DNA from: Candidatus Saccharimonadota bacterium
GTDB lineage: Bacteria > Patescibacteriota > Saccharimonadia > Saccharimonadales > JACDBH01
Direction of reading: 5' to 3'
NCBI GenBank assembly: GCA_013694995.1
Contig: JACDBH010000001.1
Coordinates: 66,145-130,144, forward strand
Length of the DNA stretch: 64,000 nucleotides
In this document: positions 8,246 to 17,515 of the stretch, in pieces
Numbering within the stretch: the stretch's first letter is position 1
Layout: each line of letters begins with the position of its first letter
Notes under the pieces: model-generated
What the model was told of the DNA's origin: nothing
The model's input: the letters and a program-made list of their open reading frames with translations, nothing else
Databases searched by the model: none
Made by a program: the position numbers and the translations under genes

Positions 8246-9655
8246 TTAATTATGAGGGACGTCAGCTTCTGATTTAACGACTTGTACTATTTCGGTTGGG
8301 GGAGCTTCGTGCCCACTAGTATCAAAACCGCAGACAAAGTCAAAATCTTTAAGGTTAACCCCAAACTGATCCCCAAAAGCTTTTTTCTGGAAGGGATCAG
8401 CAAGATTAATATAGGCTGCAAGGTTGCCGACAGAAGAGTACTTGCCGTCTTTTAGGATGTGTCCTTGAGCACCGCTAGTGCCGCCCTCACAACCAACACC
8501 TCTAGGTGAAATGTTGCCAACTACCCACAGCAATTGTAGATTCTTGCCACTTGGAATAGTAAACTGGTCGGTGCCTATAATAGTTGTGGCAAACTCTTCG
8601 CGCTGCTCAGCTTCTGTAGCGCCTGTCTTGACTGGCCAACCGGACAAGTATACGACATTGTTACTTTGGCTAGTGATAGTAGCAATCTCTGTTTCACTCA
8701 AGCTTTGTGCAAAATGCGCGGCTTCTACTTCTTCTAAGCTATGGCCAGGTAACATACCGTAGGCAATATCCTTACTATAGGCATCTTCGGGTATTACCCA
8801 CTGGTTAATCTCTCCGATAGAAACCCTACTAGCCTTGTCATTTCCTTGCATGATATTTGACTCAGGCATGACAACATAACTTTTTCCGTCAGCGTCTTGG
8901 TAGCGAGGAAGCCCCTCAAGGCAGTGATTGGCAGTTGATATAGCAATAATCTCGCCATTAGCATTTTGTATTGTGCTACCTGAACATGCGATTCCGGATA
9001 GAAACACAGTTTCTTTGCCCATGATAGCGGATGCTTCTTGACTTACTTCATAAGCTGTAGGTATCGGTAATTCAATAACAGGCGTAGTTTCCTGGGTGAC
9101 AGAGTCCCCACCAAAAAAAATGCCATCGGATATGGGTGCGATTTCCTCTGTTACAACAGGGGTAGTATCAGCAGTAGCCGTGGATGTATCTGTTACTTCT
9201 TCGGGGGGAGTAGTTTCTAACGGTGTAGCTGGCTCAATTATAGATACCTGAGTCGTTTCAGGAGTTATTTCAGCAGGGCTACTTGTGGTCGGCGGTGCCT
9301 CGACTTGTATTACCTCAGGTGCAGTAGTAGTTGTGGTTGTGCCAGTTTCAAGCGCTACTTGAGGCTTAGCATCTTGAACTACAGAATTAGTAGTAATTGA
9401 CTTAGGTATATTGACCACAACACTAGGTAGGGTATTAGTTTCAATAGCTTCTTTTACGGTAGTAGGGGTAACTGGCAGAGTATCCGGCATGTCCATAGTG
9501 TATGTATGAGCAGCTACATCAGCGGTAGTAAAAGTAGTAGGTTGTTCTGGGTTGGAGCCAGGTAGCAAAGTCACGGCGGCAATGCCAGCAAGAACACCCT
9601 TAGCTATGCGATGCTGGTCTGATATTTGGTTGGGTTCTTGTGGTGTTTCTGTCAT
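8246..9655 (-). CDS. membrane-anchored secreted trypsin-like (S1) serine peptidase with a Thr/Pro-rich stalk
   Basis: 469 aa. N-terminal hydrophobic anchor (GVLAGIAAVTLLPG), then ~180 aa of T/P/E-rich low complexity. The C-terminal domain carries the His motif ISTANHCLEG and the Ser motif CEGGTSGAQG. Confidence 0.6.
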   Translation of the reverse strand: MTETPQEPNQISDQHRIAKGVLAGIAAVTLLPGSNPEQPTTFTTADVAAHTYTMDMPDTLPVTPTTVKEAIETNTLPSVVVNIPKSITTNSVVQDAKPQVALETGTTTTTTAPEVIQVEAPPTTSSPAEITPETTQVSIIEPATPLETTPPEEVTDTSTATADTTPVVTEEIAPISDGIFFGGDSVTQETTPVIELPIPTAYEVSQEASAIMGKETVFLSGIACSGSTIQNANGEIIAISTANHCLEGLPRYQDADGKSYVVMPESNIMQGNDKASRVSIGEINQWVIPEDAYSKDIAYGMLPGHSLEEVEAAHFAQSLSETEIATITSQSNNVVYLSGWPVKTGATEAEQREEFATTIIGTDQFTIPSGKNLQLLWVVGNISPRGVGCEGGTSGAQGHILKDGKYSSVGNLAAYINLADPFQKKAFGDQFGVNLKDFDFVCGFDTSGHEAPPTEIVQVVKSEADVPHN

Positions 9656-9765
9656 GATTTTTGTTTTATTTGAACGTTACTATCATATTAGCATAAAATA
9701 GTAAAAATGTAAATAGGATTGTATTATCTGTATTCACTTAACAGGTTAGGGATAAGCATAAGCTA

Positions 9766-9794
9766 TTGACAAAACAGACATAATTTGCTATAAT
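9766..9794 (+). promoter_or_regulatory. consensus sigma-70-type promoter
   Basis: TTGACA (9766-9771), a 17-nt spacer, then TATAAT (9789-9794). It lies ~250 nt upstream of the LPXTG gene start at 10044. Confidence 0.7.
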
Positions 9795-10043
9795 ACACAG
9801 GTTTAACATTTAGGAGTAACAGAGGTAGAGCTTTTTTAGCTCCTTTTGTCCTAAGAAGTTAACGCAATTTTACACGTCAGACAATATTTGTTTCTCAATC
9901 ATGTTTTTCCGGTTTGTGTAGGCGAACTCAGGATGAGCGCTTTGCAGCTTAAATCTATAGGCTATAGCGGGCTCATTCCCGAGCACATCCCGCTAAGGGT
10001 AAAACCAAACGCGGGCTCGCTCGCACAACCAATCAGGAGAATC

Positions 10044-10943
10044 ATGAACATAAAGAAAGTTTTTGCCCAGTTGGTTGCGCTTGTCGCAGCTATAGTTGGA
10101 GCCACTTTTGCGTTCGTCGCAGTCCCAGTGCATGCACAGGAAGTCGCAAGCAGCCCGCAAGGGGATTGCCTGGAATGGATCGCAGGTGATTCTATCGCTC
10201 CAGATCCCATAACGGGGGAGTTGGTGTTAACCAGCACTATGATCTGCATAAAATACGCCGCGCCGGTCACAGCGATGGTTGCTTATGAATGTGCAACACC
10301 AGCGTCTAATTTGGCAGACCCCAAAGGTCTGGTAATCGGGAAGCTAAATCCGGGGTCTTACGAGATTTTCGGATGGTCGATGGAAGTAAGCACACCTAGC
10401 GGTGTTATATCAGCCAGCTCGACCAGTGGCGGCGACATCAACTTATACGTAACACCGGCCCTCCAGGTCGGCACGTATCAGTGGACTGCGTTGATTGCAA
10501 CTGGTGCCCAAAAGGGTGGCCCACTACAAGGCGCCTTCGAGGTGACCAACGACTGTAACGAGCCATACGCAACGGTCTCTCTCATGAGCCCGCCCTGCAA
10601 TCCGGGGGTGGTTTACATTGAGTCTTTCGAGACAAATGCTCCGATAGGGTCAAACGTACATCTCTACGCCAATGGTGTTGAGGTTCACGTCGGTGAAAAG
10701 GTCAGTGATAGTTCCGCGTTCACGTGGAGCTACGATGGTGGTAATGGCCCGTGGCTAGCCGGTGCTGTAATCAGCAGCACGACTGTTTGCGTCGGTCTGC
10801 CACCTGTCCCACCTGCTCCCGTAGGAGGACTACCGGCCACCGGCACCGCACAGACAGCTGCGACCACGTTCATGGCCCTTGTGGCACTTGGACTAGGTTG
10901 TCTCTGTTTGTGGATCGCTCGCCGACAGCCCACGCAAACCTGA
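10044..10943 (+). CDS. LPXTG-anchored surface protein (LPATG)
   Basis: ATG 10044 is preceded by AGGAGA. Signal peptide MNIKKVFAQLVALVAAIVGATFAFVAVPVHAQE. C-terminal sorting signal LPATG + hydrophobic stretch + ARRQ. The track ORF starts at 9888, but that extension lacks an RBS. Confidence 0.8.
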   Translation: MNIKKVFAQLVALVAAIVGATFAFVAVPVHAQEVASSPQGDCLEWIAGDSIAPDPITGELVLTSTMICIKYAAPVTAMVAYECATPASNLADPKGLVIGKLNPGSYEIFGWSMEVSTPSGVISASSTSGGDINLYVTPALQVGTYQWTALIATGAQKGGPLQGAFEVTNDCNEPYATVSLMSPPCNPGVVYIESFETNAPIGSNVHLYANGVEVHVGEKVSDSSAFTWSYDGGNGPWLAGAVISSTTVCVGLPPVPPAPVGGLPATGTAQTAATTFMALVALGLGCLCLWIARRQPTQT

Positions 10944-11547
10944 GCTGAAAGGCAACGGGACGGATACTCCAAAGACGCTTACCATCCAGGTATGAATTTT
11001 GCGTGGCATCCGTCCCCTAAGCCCATAAGCTCACCGAGAAACAAGACCGTGAAGGTTTTCCTTCGCACTAAGCTCATCCTTTTATAGGATTAAAGCTGTC
11101 TGACGTGTTTCTCCCCTTCGGCTAAAAACATTTAGCCCTGAGGGAGATAAGCAGTTTTCATTACTGTGCAAAAAAAGGGTAGTAATACCGTAAGATATTA
11201 TATTGCTTTTTTAGTATTTAATAGTATAAGATGTTTATCACTCAAGGGAGTACGTTGAGTTTATAATTTGGTTGTTTGCTTTTTGCCACAATTGCAGAAG
11301 ATATTCTGCACTCATGGTAAAAAGTGAGCATGGATTGCCAAAAAAATGATGGGAAAACCTATCGGTAAATGGCAAAAATTACAGTAGCTCCTTTTTACGC
11401 ACTTTGACATGTTAGGTAGGTATTAAATTTGGAATACGGAATTTGCACTAAAATTAGTTAAGTACAAGTTCCGTATTCCAATTAGGGAGTATCGGGCGCA
11501 AGCGGGCGCGGCAATCCAGCCAATCGCAACGACAAGGGAGGAATCCT

Positions 11548-12198
11548 TTGAAAAAGCATAAGTTGGGACAGGCCGCACTGATTGTGTTCGGCATGTTCTC
11601 GTTCATAGTTGGCTTCGCGCCAGCGGCTTTTGCAACCGTGGATCGGGTATGCCCGGGAGACAAAGTGGATGTCAGCGGCTCTTTCGAGTCGATTACGCTC
11701 ACTGCGCCCGAGGGTTACCTCATCAGCGGCTACTGCGTCAAGTCGTCCAGCGTGAACCAAGGCGAGGGCCCAGAGTTTGTAATAGTGGATCCACCCCAGG
11801 CAACTGTGACCATCACGCACAGCTCTGGCAAGGACATCAGTCACTATTCACTCACCCTGGTTCCCAAGCCGGTCGTGACAACCACGACGGTAGCTCCAAC
11901 AACAACCACGATGGCTCCGACCACAACGGTAGGTCCGACGACGTCAGTGGCGCCAACCACAACAATGGCGCCAACTACAACAGCGGCGGCACCGACAACC
12001 ACTGCTGTGGGTCCGACTACCACTAAGCCCACCGGGACTATCCCAGTCGTCACGACAGCTCCAACGCCACCGACAGCACCTCCTACGGGATTGCCTAAGA
12101 CCGGCGTGAGTTCACTGACGACGTTCCTGTTGGGATTGGGCTTATCGTCAGCTGGTGTTGCGGTAATTATGCTCACGCGACGGCGCCCAGCAAGGTGA
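11548..12198 (+). CDS. LPXTG-anchored surface protein (LPKTG) with Thr-rich (A/G)PTTT repeats
   Basis: TTG start after AGGGAGG. Signal peptide MKKHKLGQAALIVFGMFSFIVGFAPAAFA. Tandem VAPTTTTMAPTTTVGPTTS... repeats. LPKTG + hydrophobic stretch + RRRPAR. Confidence 0.8.
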   Translation: MKKHKLGQAALIVFGMFSFIVGFAPAAFATVDRVCPGDKVDVSGSFESITLTAPEGYLISGYCVKSSSVNQGEGPEFVIVDPPQATVTITHSSGKDISHYSLTLVPKPVVTTTTVAPTTTTMAPTTTVGPTTSVAPTTTMAPTTTAAAPTTTAVGPTTTKPTGTIPVVTTAPTPPTAPPTGLPKTGVSSLTTFLLGLGLSSAGVAVIMLTRRRPAR

Positions 12199-12329
12199 GA
12201 AACTGGTAGCCTCGGGGCTCTTTGTTAGCTGTCGCGCCTCGTATGCGTGCATAACAAATCCCTGAGGCCTCAGCCTCCCTCTAACCCTGCCTAACATGTC
12301 CTCAAACTACGTAATTATGAATGAAGTTC

Positions 12330-12356
12330 CCGTAGCATTAAGGCTGCGGTTTTTTG
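12330..12356 (+). terminator. rho-independent terminator
   Basis: CCGTAGC-attaag-GCTGCGG hairpin followed by TTTTTTGTTTT. Confidence 0.6.
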
Positions 12357-12434
12357 TTTTATTTTCAGCTAACAATAATTATAAACGCTCATGTTTGTGT
12401 AAATGCTAACTATGCAATATAATAAGCTTTAGAT

Positions 12435-13712
12435 ATGAGTGACTATGAAGCGGCAGCTATAGCAGTGGAACCAGGTAGGCATCCTCTTATTCGGGGTGTA
12501 ATGGCCGGGACAGCATTACTGAGTTTAATAGGCCCAGACCGAGCAGAAGCTGCACTGCCACCAGTAAATCCTGGTGAAGTTGTAAACCTAACCGGGCTGG
12601 AACCCAATACGATTGCTGTAATTAACCATACAAGTGTTGGCCGCGGAGAGGGATGGTCGGCAATCTATACAACGGAAAACGGCTACCAAGGCAGCTCTGA
12701 TACCAACACTAAATATAATGGCCACGTTTCCCCGAACTTGGCTTTTGTTGATACCGGATCACAAGGCAAGGTGAGCATCTTAACGGGTGTCTCTGCGCAG
12801 GATCAAATCGCGGATGCTATACTTAGTTTTCCAAAAACCGCTGCTACAGACTTTTATCCAAGCCCAAAGCGCACATTAGATACTCGGTCATATAGTGCCA
12901 AGTACGTCGCAAATCAAATAGTGGAAGTTAATTATGGTGCCGAACGTGCAGGTCAGGCGGCAGTAATGAACATCACCGTTGATCTGGCCAAGTCACCATC
13001 ATGGTATGCTGCATATCCATGTGCAGAAGGTTACAACGGCACTTCTAGCGTGAACCCGGACGGAATAGGTGCGCATCCAACAGCCGAAATTGTAATGATC
13101 GATAAAAACGGTAAAGTTTGTATTATGGGTTCGGTTGATGCCTTCGGGCTTATTGTGGATACCTATGGCTTTTTAAAGGGCATACCAATTCAACCACCAA
13201 AGAGAATCCTAGACACTCGTATAAATAAAGACAAAGTTATAAAGGGGCAGGAACGAGTTATAGAATTTGGTTTAGAAAATGCTAATAAAATATTCATAGG
13301 AAAGTTAGCCAGTGATCAGACTGACGGGGCAGGTTGGATATCTGTCTATCCTACCGAAAGCGGTTTTCAGAACACTTCCGTTATAAATCCAGATGGCAAG
13401 AACCCAACCTCAGGCTTGGTGGTCACCATGTTAGATAGCAAGGGAAGAATGAGTATTCTGCTCGGGGCTGCAAATGCGACAGATATCATAATCGATCAGA
13501 GTTCAATATTTGATCCGGCATTACTAGGAATAGATGTAGCTAAAATTGTCCCGCCAAAACGAATCTTAGATAGCCGCGTGAGCCGTCCTGATTTGCCACC
13601 CCCATTCGTCGATCCATGTCCTCCTGGATCGCACGCCGACATGTCTACTTGGCATGATAATAATGGAGATGGTATTGTACAGCGTACCGAGGTACTTTGT
13701 TATTTTAATTAA
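12435..13712 (+). CDS. secreted/anchored protein with three internal ~120-aa repeats
   Basis: 425 aa with an N-terminal hydrophobic segment. Repeat markers: SPKRTLDTR / PPKRILDTR / PPKRILDSR, each with a preceding W(S/Y/I)A/S.YP..(E)(N/G/S)G(Y/F)(Q/N)(G/N)(S/T)S block. Confidence 0.65.
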   Translation: MSDYEAAAIAVEPGRHPLIRGVMAGTALLSLIGPDRAEAALPPVNPGEVVNLTGLEPNTIAVINHTSVGRGEGWSAIYTTENGYQGSSDTNTKYNGHVSPNLAFVDTGSQGKVSILTGVSAQDQIADAILSFPKTAATDFYPSPKRTLDTRSYSAKYVANQIVEVNYGAERAGQAAVMNITVDLAKSPSWYAAYPCAEGYNGTSSVNPDGIGAHPTAEIVMIDKNGKVCIMGSVDAFGLIVDTYGFLKGIPIQPPKRILDTRINKDKVIKGQERVIEFGLENANKIFIGKLASDQTDGAGWISVYPTESGFQNTSVINPDGKNPTSGLVVTMLDSKGRMSILLGAANATDIIIDQSSIFDPALLGIDVAKIVPPKRILDSRVSRPDLPPPFVDPCPPGSHADMSTWHDNNGDGIVQRTEVLCYFN

Positions 13713-13758
13713 TCATTAAAGCTGACCTGTCCATCACGGTTATGGTATGCTTTAAGTA

Positions 13759-14286
13759 ATGAAAAAGCGCAAGCTTATTTTGGTCGGCGTCGGACTCATT
13801 CTTATATCAGCCCTAAGTATAGGTACAGTGCTGAAATTGAATAAAAACAATGAGAATGAATCTAATACTGATAATACTACAGGGCTTGACGCCAACTTTA
13901 AACGAATAGAAAACGCTACAAGAGAATATGACGCGAAGGAAGAAAAGCGTATAGCGGAGCTTGTGTCTAGAGTCACCTCAGTAGATAGTTTAAAAGAATT
14001 AGATGAGGCAGATCAAGCAAAAGTTGGGGTTATTATACTAAGACAATCCGACATCGATCCTGTGCTTGCAAGACAATACGCGGCTTATCTCATGCTACGT
14101 TCAGGCTCCGTCGGTCTGGAGGCTTCTAAGTTTTGTTATAAATTTTCAGAAGGCGACACAGTAGCTCAAATGGTATGTGTGCAACGGGCGAACGAGCTAG
14201 CAAGGGATCAAGGGATTATTAAGCCAGGGGAAACATTGCCGGAGGTGTACTTTAAGGAAACGCCTTCTAGCGAGGAACTTGGATGA
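13759..14286 (+). CDS. hypothetical protein with N-terminal signal/anchor
   Basis: 175 aa. MKKRKLILVGVGLILISALSIG. Its stop overlaps the next start (ATGA). Confidence 0.55.
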   Translation: MKKRKLILVGVGLILISALSIGTVLKLNKNNENESNTDNTTGLDANFKRIENATREYDAKEEKRIAELVSRVTSVDSLKELDEADQAKVGVIILRQSDIDPVLARQYAAYLMLRSGSVGLEASKFCYKFSEGDTVAQMVCVQRANELARDQGIIKPGETLPEVYFKETPSSEELG

Positions 14287-17200
14287 GTATTTTACTTAGA
14301 CTGCTCATACAAAGAAGATATTGGGTATTCGCTACAGGCTTATTGATCTCTTTCTTTATTCTCCTAGGTATCCCTTTCAAAGCGTCGGCACTGATAGGTG
14401 ACTTAACAAATGCGATACCGAATAATGGCTCTGCTCCTTGGCTTGTTGTTACGCGGCCGGGATCGAATGGTATGGATGCACCCAGGCAACATGTTGTAGC
14501 ATATGTCCCTATTACTCTAACAAGTTTTGACTTTAGAATTGAAGATGCATGCGATAGCACAGTAAATGATAATAACGGAACTAATAATAATACTTTTTTT
14601 GATTTTTCAGCTGCAAGTGTAACAGGTGGATATTCTGTAGGTCCTGGAACAATACGAGTTGAATGTACGAGTGGCGTAGATCTTATACTTACGGTTAATA
14701 TAGATCCATCCATTGTATCCACTACGACAATACAAACTTCAGGAGGTCCAGTCTCATACTATGAGCTTCCAATAACTGCTAGAACTGAAACAGAACTCAA
14801 TCCTTATTATGTAAATCGCTTTCGTTATGACGGTGCTACGGGTGGCACCCTTTTTGGTTTCGCAGCAACAAATGGGAACCCCGGTACAAACACCCAACTG
14901 TACACAGGCATTGCTTATTCCAATGCACCCGGAGGTTGGGGATGGGATACGGCACTTACTTTTGCCTTGGAGTGTACTGCTCCAGCGGTTACTACCAGCA
15001 TTTTTTTCTTTGATACGGATCACGTTAATGCCAACAGCTCAAGTTCGCCATATTGGCAAAATAATCTTCAGCCCATGAGATGGCAGCTATGGTCATATGA
15101 TAGAGCCACCGGTGGAGATCAAAGGAACGAAGGTGGCCCTTCCGGACTGGGGGGCGATAATAATCAGCCTGATGCCACACCATTAATAAACTTTACTTCA
15201 GACAGGATATATCAACTAGTTATTACAAATGTAAACTACGTAAATAGTATTCAAATAGCGCTACCCCTTAAGCAGATTCATGCAAAGAGTTCTTGTAATT
15301 CTCCGCCCACAGGTACTAATCCAACCGGCTCATTCTCTATGACGTGTGATCCAGGAACAGGCGTTATTAATGTAACCGTTACGGCCTCGGACGCTGATGG
15401 TGGTAATGTCACTGTCACCGCTAATGTATCTGGGGCAGGAGTACCACCGAGCCGTACAGCCAGTGGTAGTGGTACGTTTGGTATGGGTGGAACTTTCCAG
15501 CGTGCCCCGGATGGTTCAATATACACTGTAACTGGTACGGTTACGGATGATGACGGGGTTACGGTAGATCTTAGGCCTGTTAGTGTTACTTGTGCACGTC
15601 CAGCAATTTCGTACACATGCAGGCTGATGACTAATCCAGTTATCACAGCTGGAATCGAGGTGGGTAGTCCGTTTGATCTGATAATTGTTATTGACCGCAG
15701 TCTTAGTTCAATTTATGAGCTGCCAATTAATAACACGACACACCCTATAACAGTCGGTGACTCACCGCCGGGTCTGAGTGGGGTCGGTCCCTCTGCCGGG
15801 TATACTTATACAGCCAATCCTGGTTCGGTGACTCAAGTTACTGACGGTGGTATATCTAGCAATACACCGAATACATACACAATTGCGGCAAGGGTTGGTG
15901 ACGTTGCATGCCCCCCAATACAGATTATAATCGGCCTAAAATCATATTTGAAAATATATGGCGGGGATGTGTGGGCGGGGGGTGGTTTTGGTGAAGCTTG
16001 CAGTGCTGGTTCTGGTGGGGTAGCCGGTTGGGCTCGTCCTAATGGACAAGGATATGCTGGCGCTTCAAGCCAGTTTACACTTACGGCACTTCTTAACATT
16101 AATGAATTTTACTCAGTTTCAACTCGTCAAATTCCTGAGAATACCGCACCGCCGAAGGGTTTAACATTTGCGAATACTACAGCTGCTGAATATGGCTCCG
16201 GCTTTGGTGGCACTGGACGCTGCATGATTGATTACTATAATGAAACTAAGGACAGTACTTTAAATGCAGCCGCGGCCGCACCATTTCCGCCCTCGACACC
16301 TCCACCGACTTATACAGATGTTGCACCATCAAGCTCTAAAACAGCGTCGAGTACTCTAGGTGGATACAGCTATTCACCCGAGGCAGTAACTGATGGCCTA
16401 TATGGCGTAGCACCAACAGCAGGGAATAAAGGCGAATGGGCTTCAAATGGTGGTGCAAACAATGTTACATGGATTCGCCTGACATGGACTACGCCGGTTA
16501 CATTAAGTAAAATGGATATTTTTGATAGGTCGAACCTGACCGATTGGGTAAGAACGGCTACGGTAACCTTTAGCGACGGAAGTAGTATTGTTATTAATGA
16601 CCCGCCAAATGACGGCGAGACTCCTTTGACCCGTACTTTTTCTGCCCGATCTGTAACCTGGATGCAGTTAACTATTAATGACAAGGGCGGATCGAGTAAT
16701 ACGGGGTTTGGGGAAGTAAGGGCTTATGAAGCGTCCACCACCATTGGTAAAGTACAATATAATATTTCAGGTAATTGGAGCCCTAGTGGGTTTACGATTC
16801 CTAAAGGTGCGCAAGTAGCCGTGTATGTTGACGGTGATGCCTACATAGGCGGTAATATCACACTTGATCCTAGTCCAAGGACTTCAAGGAAAGAAATCCC
16901 GTACTTTGCCTTAATTGTCCGCGGTAATATTTATATAGATAATAATGTGACGCAGATTGATGGATTGTATGTCGCTCAGCCAAATGGGGCTAGCGGCGGT
17001 AGAATATATACCTGCTTTCCGGTTAATCCCCTAGGAAACAAATATACGCTTTCTGAGTTGTATAATAACTGCCAGACACAACTCAGTATCAACGGGGCAT
17101 TACTTGCAGATAAAGTACGTTTCCTGCGCGTTTTTATGTCACTCAAGGACGCTACATTTAATGAACTTCCTAATTTTGCGAACGGCTCAGGTATTTTTAG

Positions 17201-17348
17201 GCCTAGAATCAATAATGCCGCAGAAATAATAAATTATACGCCGGAAATGTACCTAGCAGACAGACCATTTAAGCTGCCGGATGAGACGGCAGGGGATACG
17301 GATGCGTCAAGATATGATGCAATTACTGGGTTACCGCCGATATATTAG
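14283..17348 (+). CDS. large secreted protein (1021 aa) with Ig-like and discoidin-like beta-sandwich segments
   Basis: N-terminal hydrophobic segment (WVFATGLLISFFILLGIPF). TVTASDADGGNVTVTANVSG...TVTGTVTDDDGVTVD is Ig/PKD-like. VTWIRLTWTTPVTLSKMDIFDRSN...VTFSDGSSIVINDPPNDGETPLTRTFSARSVTWMQLTINDKGGSSNTGFGEVRAYE is F5/8-type-C-like. It lies directly upstream of pilM. Confidence 0.7.
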   Translation: MSILLRLLIQRRYWVFATGLLISFFILLGIPFKASALIGDLTNAIPNNGSAPWLVVTRPGSNGMDAPRQHVVAYVPITLTSFDFRIEDACDSTVNDNNGTNNNTFFDFSAASVTGGYSVGPGTIRVECTSGVDLILTVNIDPSIVSTTTIQTSGGPVSYYELPITARTETELNPYYVNRFRYDGATGGTLFGFAATNGNPGTNTQLYTGIAYSNAPGGWGWDTALTFALECTAPAVTTSIFFFDTDHVNANSSSSPYWQNNLQPMRWQLWSYDRATGGDQRNEGGPSGLGGDNNQPDATPLINFTSDRIYQLVITNVNYVNSIQIALPLKQIHAKSSCNSPPTGTNPTGSFSMTCDPGTGVINVTVTASDADGGNVTVTANVSGAGVPPSRTASGSGTFGMGGTFQRAPDGSIYTVTGTVTDDDGVTVDLRPVSVTCARPAISYTCRLMTNPVITAGIEVGSPFDLIIVIDRSLSSIYELPINNTTHPITVGDSPPGLSGVGPSAGYTYTANPGSVTQVTDGGISSNTPNTYTIAARVGDVACPPIQIIIGLKSYLKIYGGDVWAGGGFGEACSAGSGGVAGWARPNGQGYAGASSQFTLTALLNINEFYSVSTRQIPENTAPPKGLTFANTTAAEYGSGFGGTGRCMIDYYNETKDSTLNAAAAAPFPPSTPPPTYTDVAPSSSKTASSTLGGYSYSPEAVTDGLYGVAPTAGNKGEWASNGGANNVTWIRLTWTTPVTLSKMDIFDRSNLTDWVRTATVTFSDGSSIVINDPPNDGETPLTRTFSARSVTWMQLTINDKGGSSNTGFGEVRAYEASTTIGKVQYNISGNWSPSGFTIPKGAQVAVYVDGDAYIGGNITLDPSPRTSRKEIPYFALIVRGNIYIDNNVTQIDGLYVAQPNGASGGRIYTCFPVNPLGNKYTLSELYNNCQTQLSINGALLADKVRFLRVFMSLKDATFNELPNFANGSGIFRPRINNAAEIINYTPEMYLADRPFKLPDETAGDTDASRYDAITGLPPIY

Positions 17349-17515
17349 CCGTAATATTGGTGTGGAAAGTTGCGGTTTTACGTCGTGCTTATGCTATAAT
17401 CGGAATTAATTATGAGTCCAGTTAGCTAACAAATAATTAGCTGGATCATACGGTGGGTATCATGAAAAATATCGAAGTACAAAACTTACAAAAAAGACCA
17501 GGACTCTAAACTAGT

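Noticed and set aside
11870-12060. Short tandem nucleotide repeats (ACCACAAC/GGCGCCAAC-like) that could be mistaken for a repeat array
   Set aside because: They encode the (A/G)PTTT peptide repeats of the surface protein. There is no repeat-spacer organisation, so this is not a CRISPR array.
11482-12176. Several 80-125-aa ORFs (11482-11844-, 11649-12026+, 11844-12176-) overlapping the LPKTG gene
   Set aside because: These are artefacts of GC-rich, stop-poor repeat DNA. Only the 11548-12198 frame has a signal peptide, an RBS and a sorting signal.
14267-14722. 151-aa ORF antisense to the start of the 1021-aa gene
   Set aside because: It overlaps two co-oriented, translationally coupled genes on the other strand and has no independent support.
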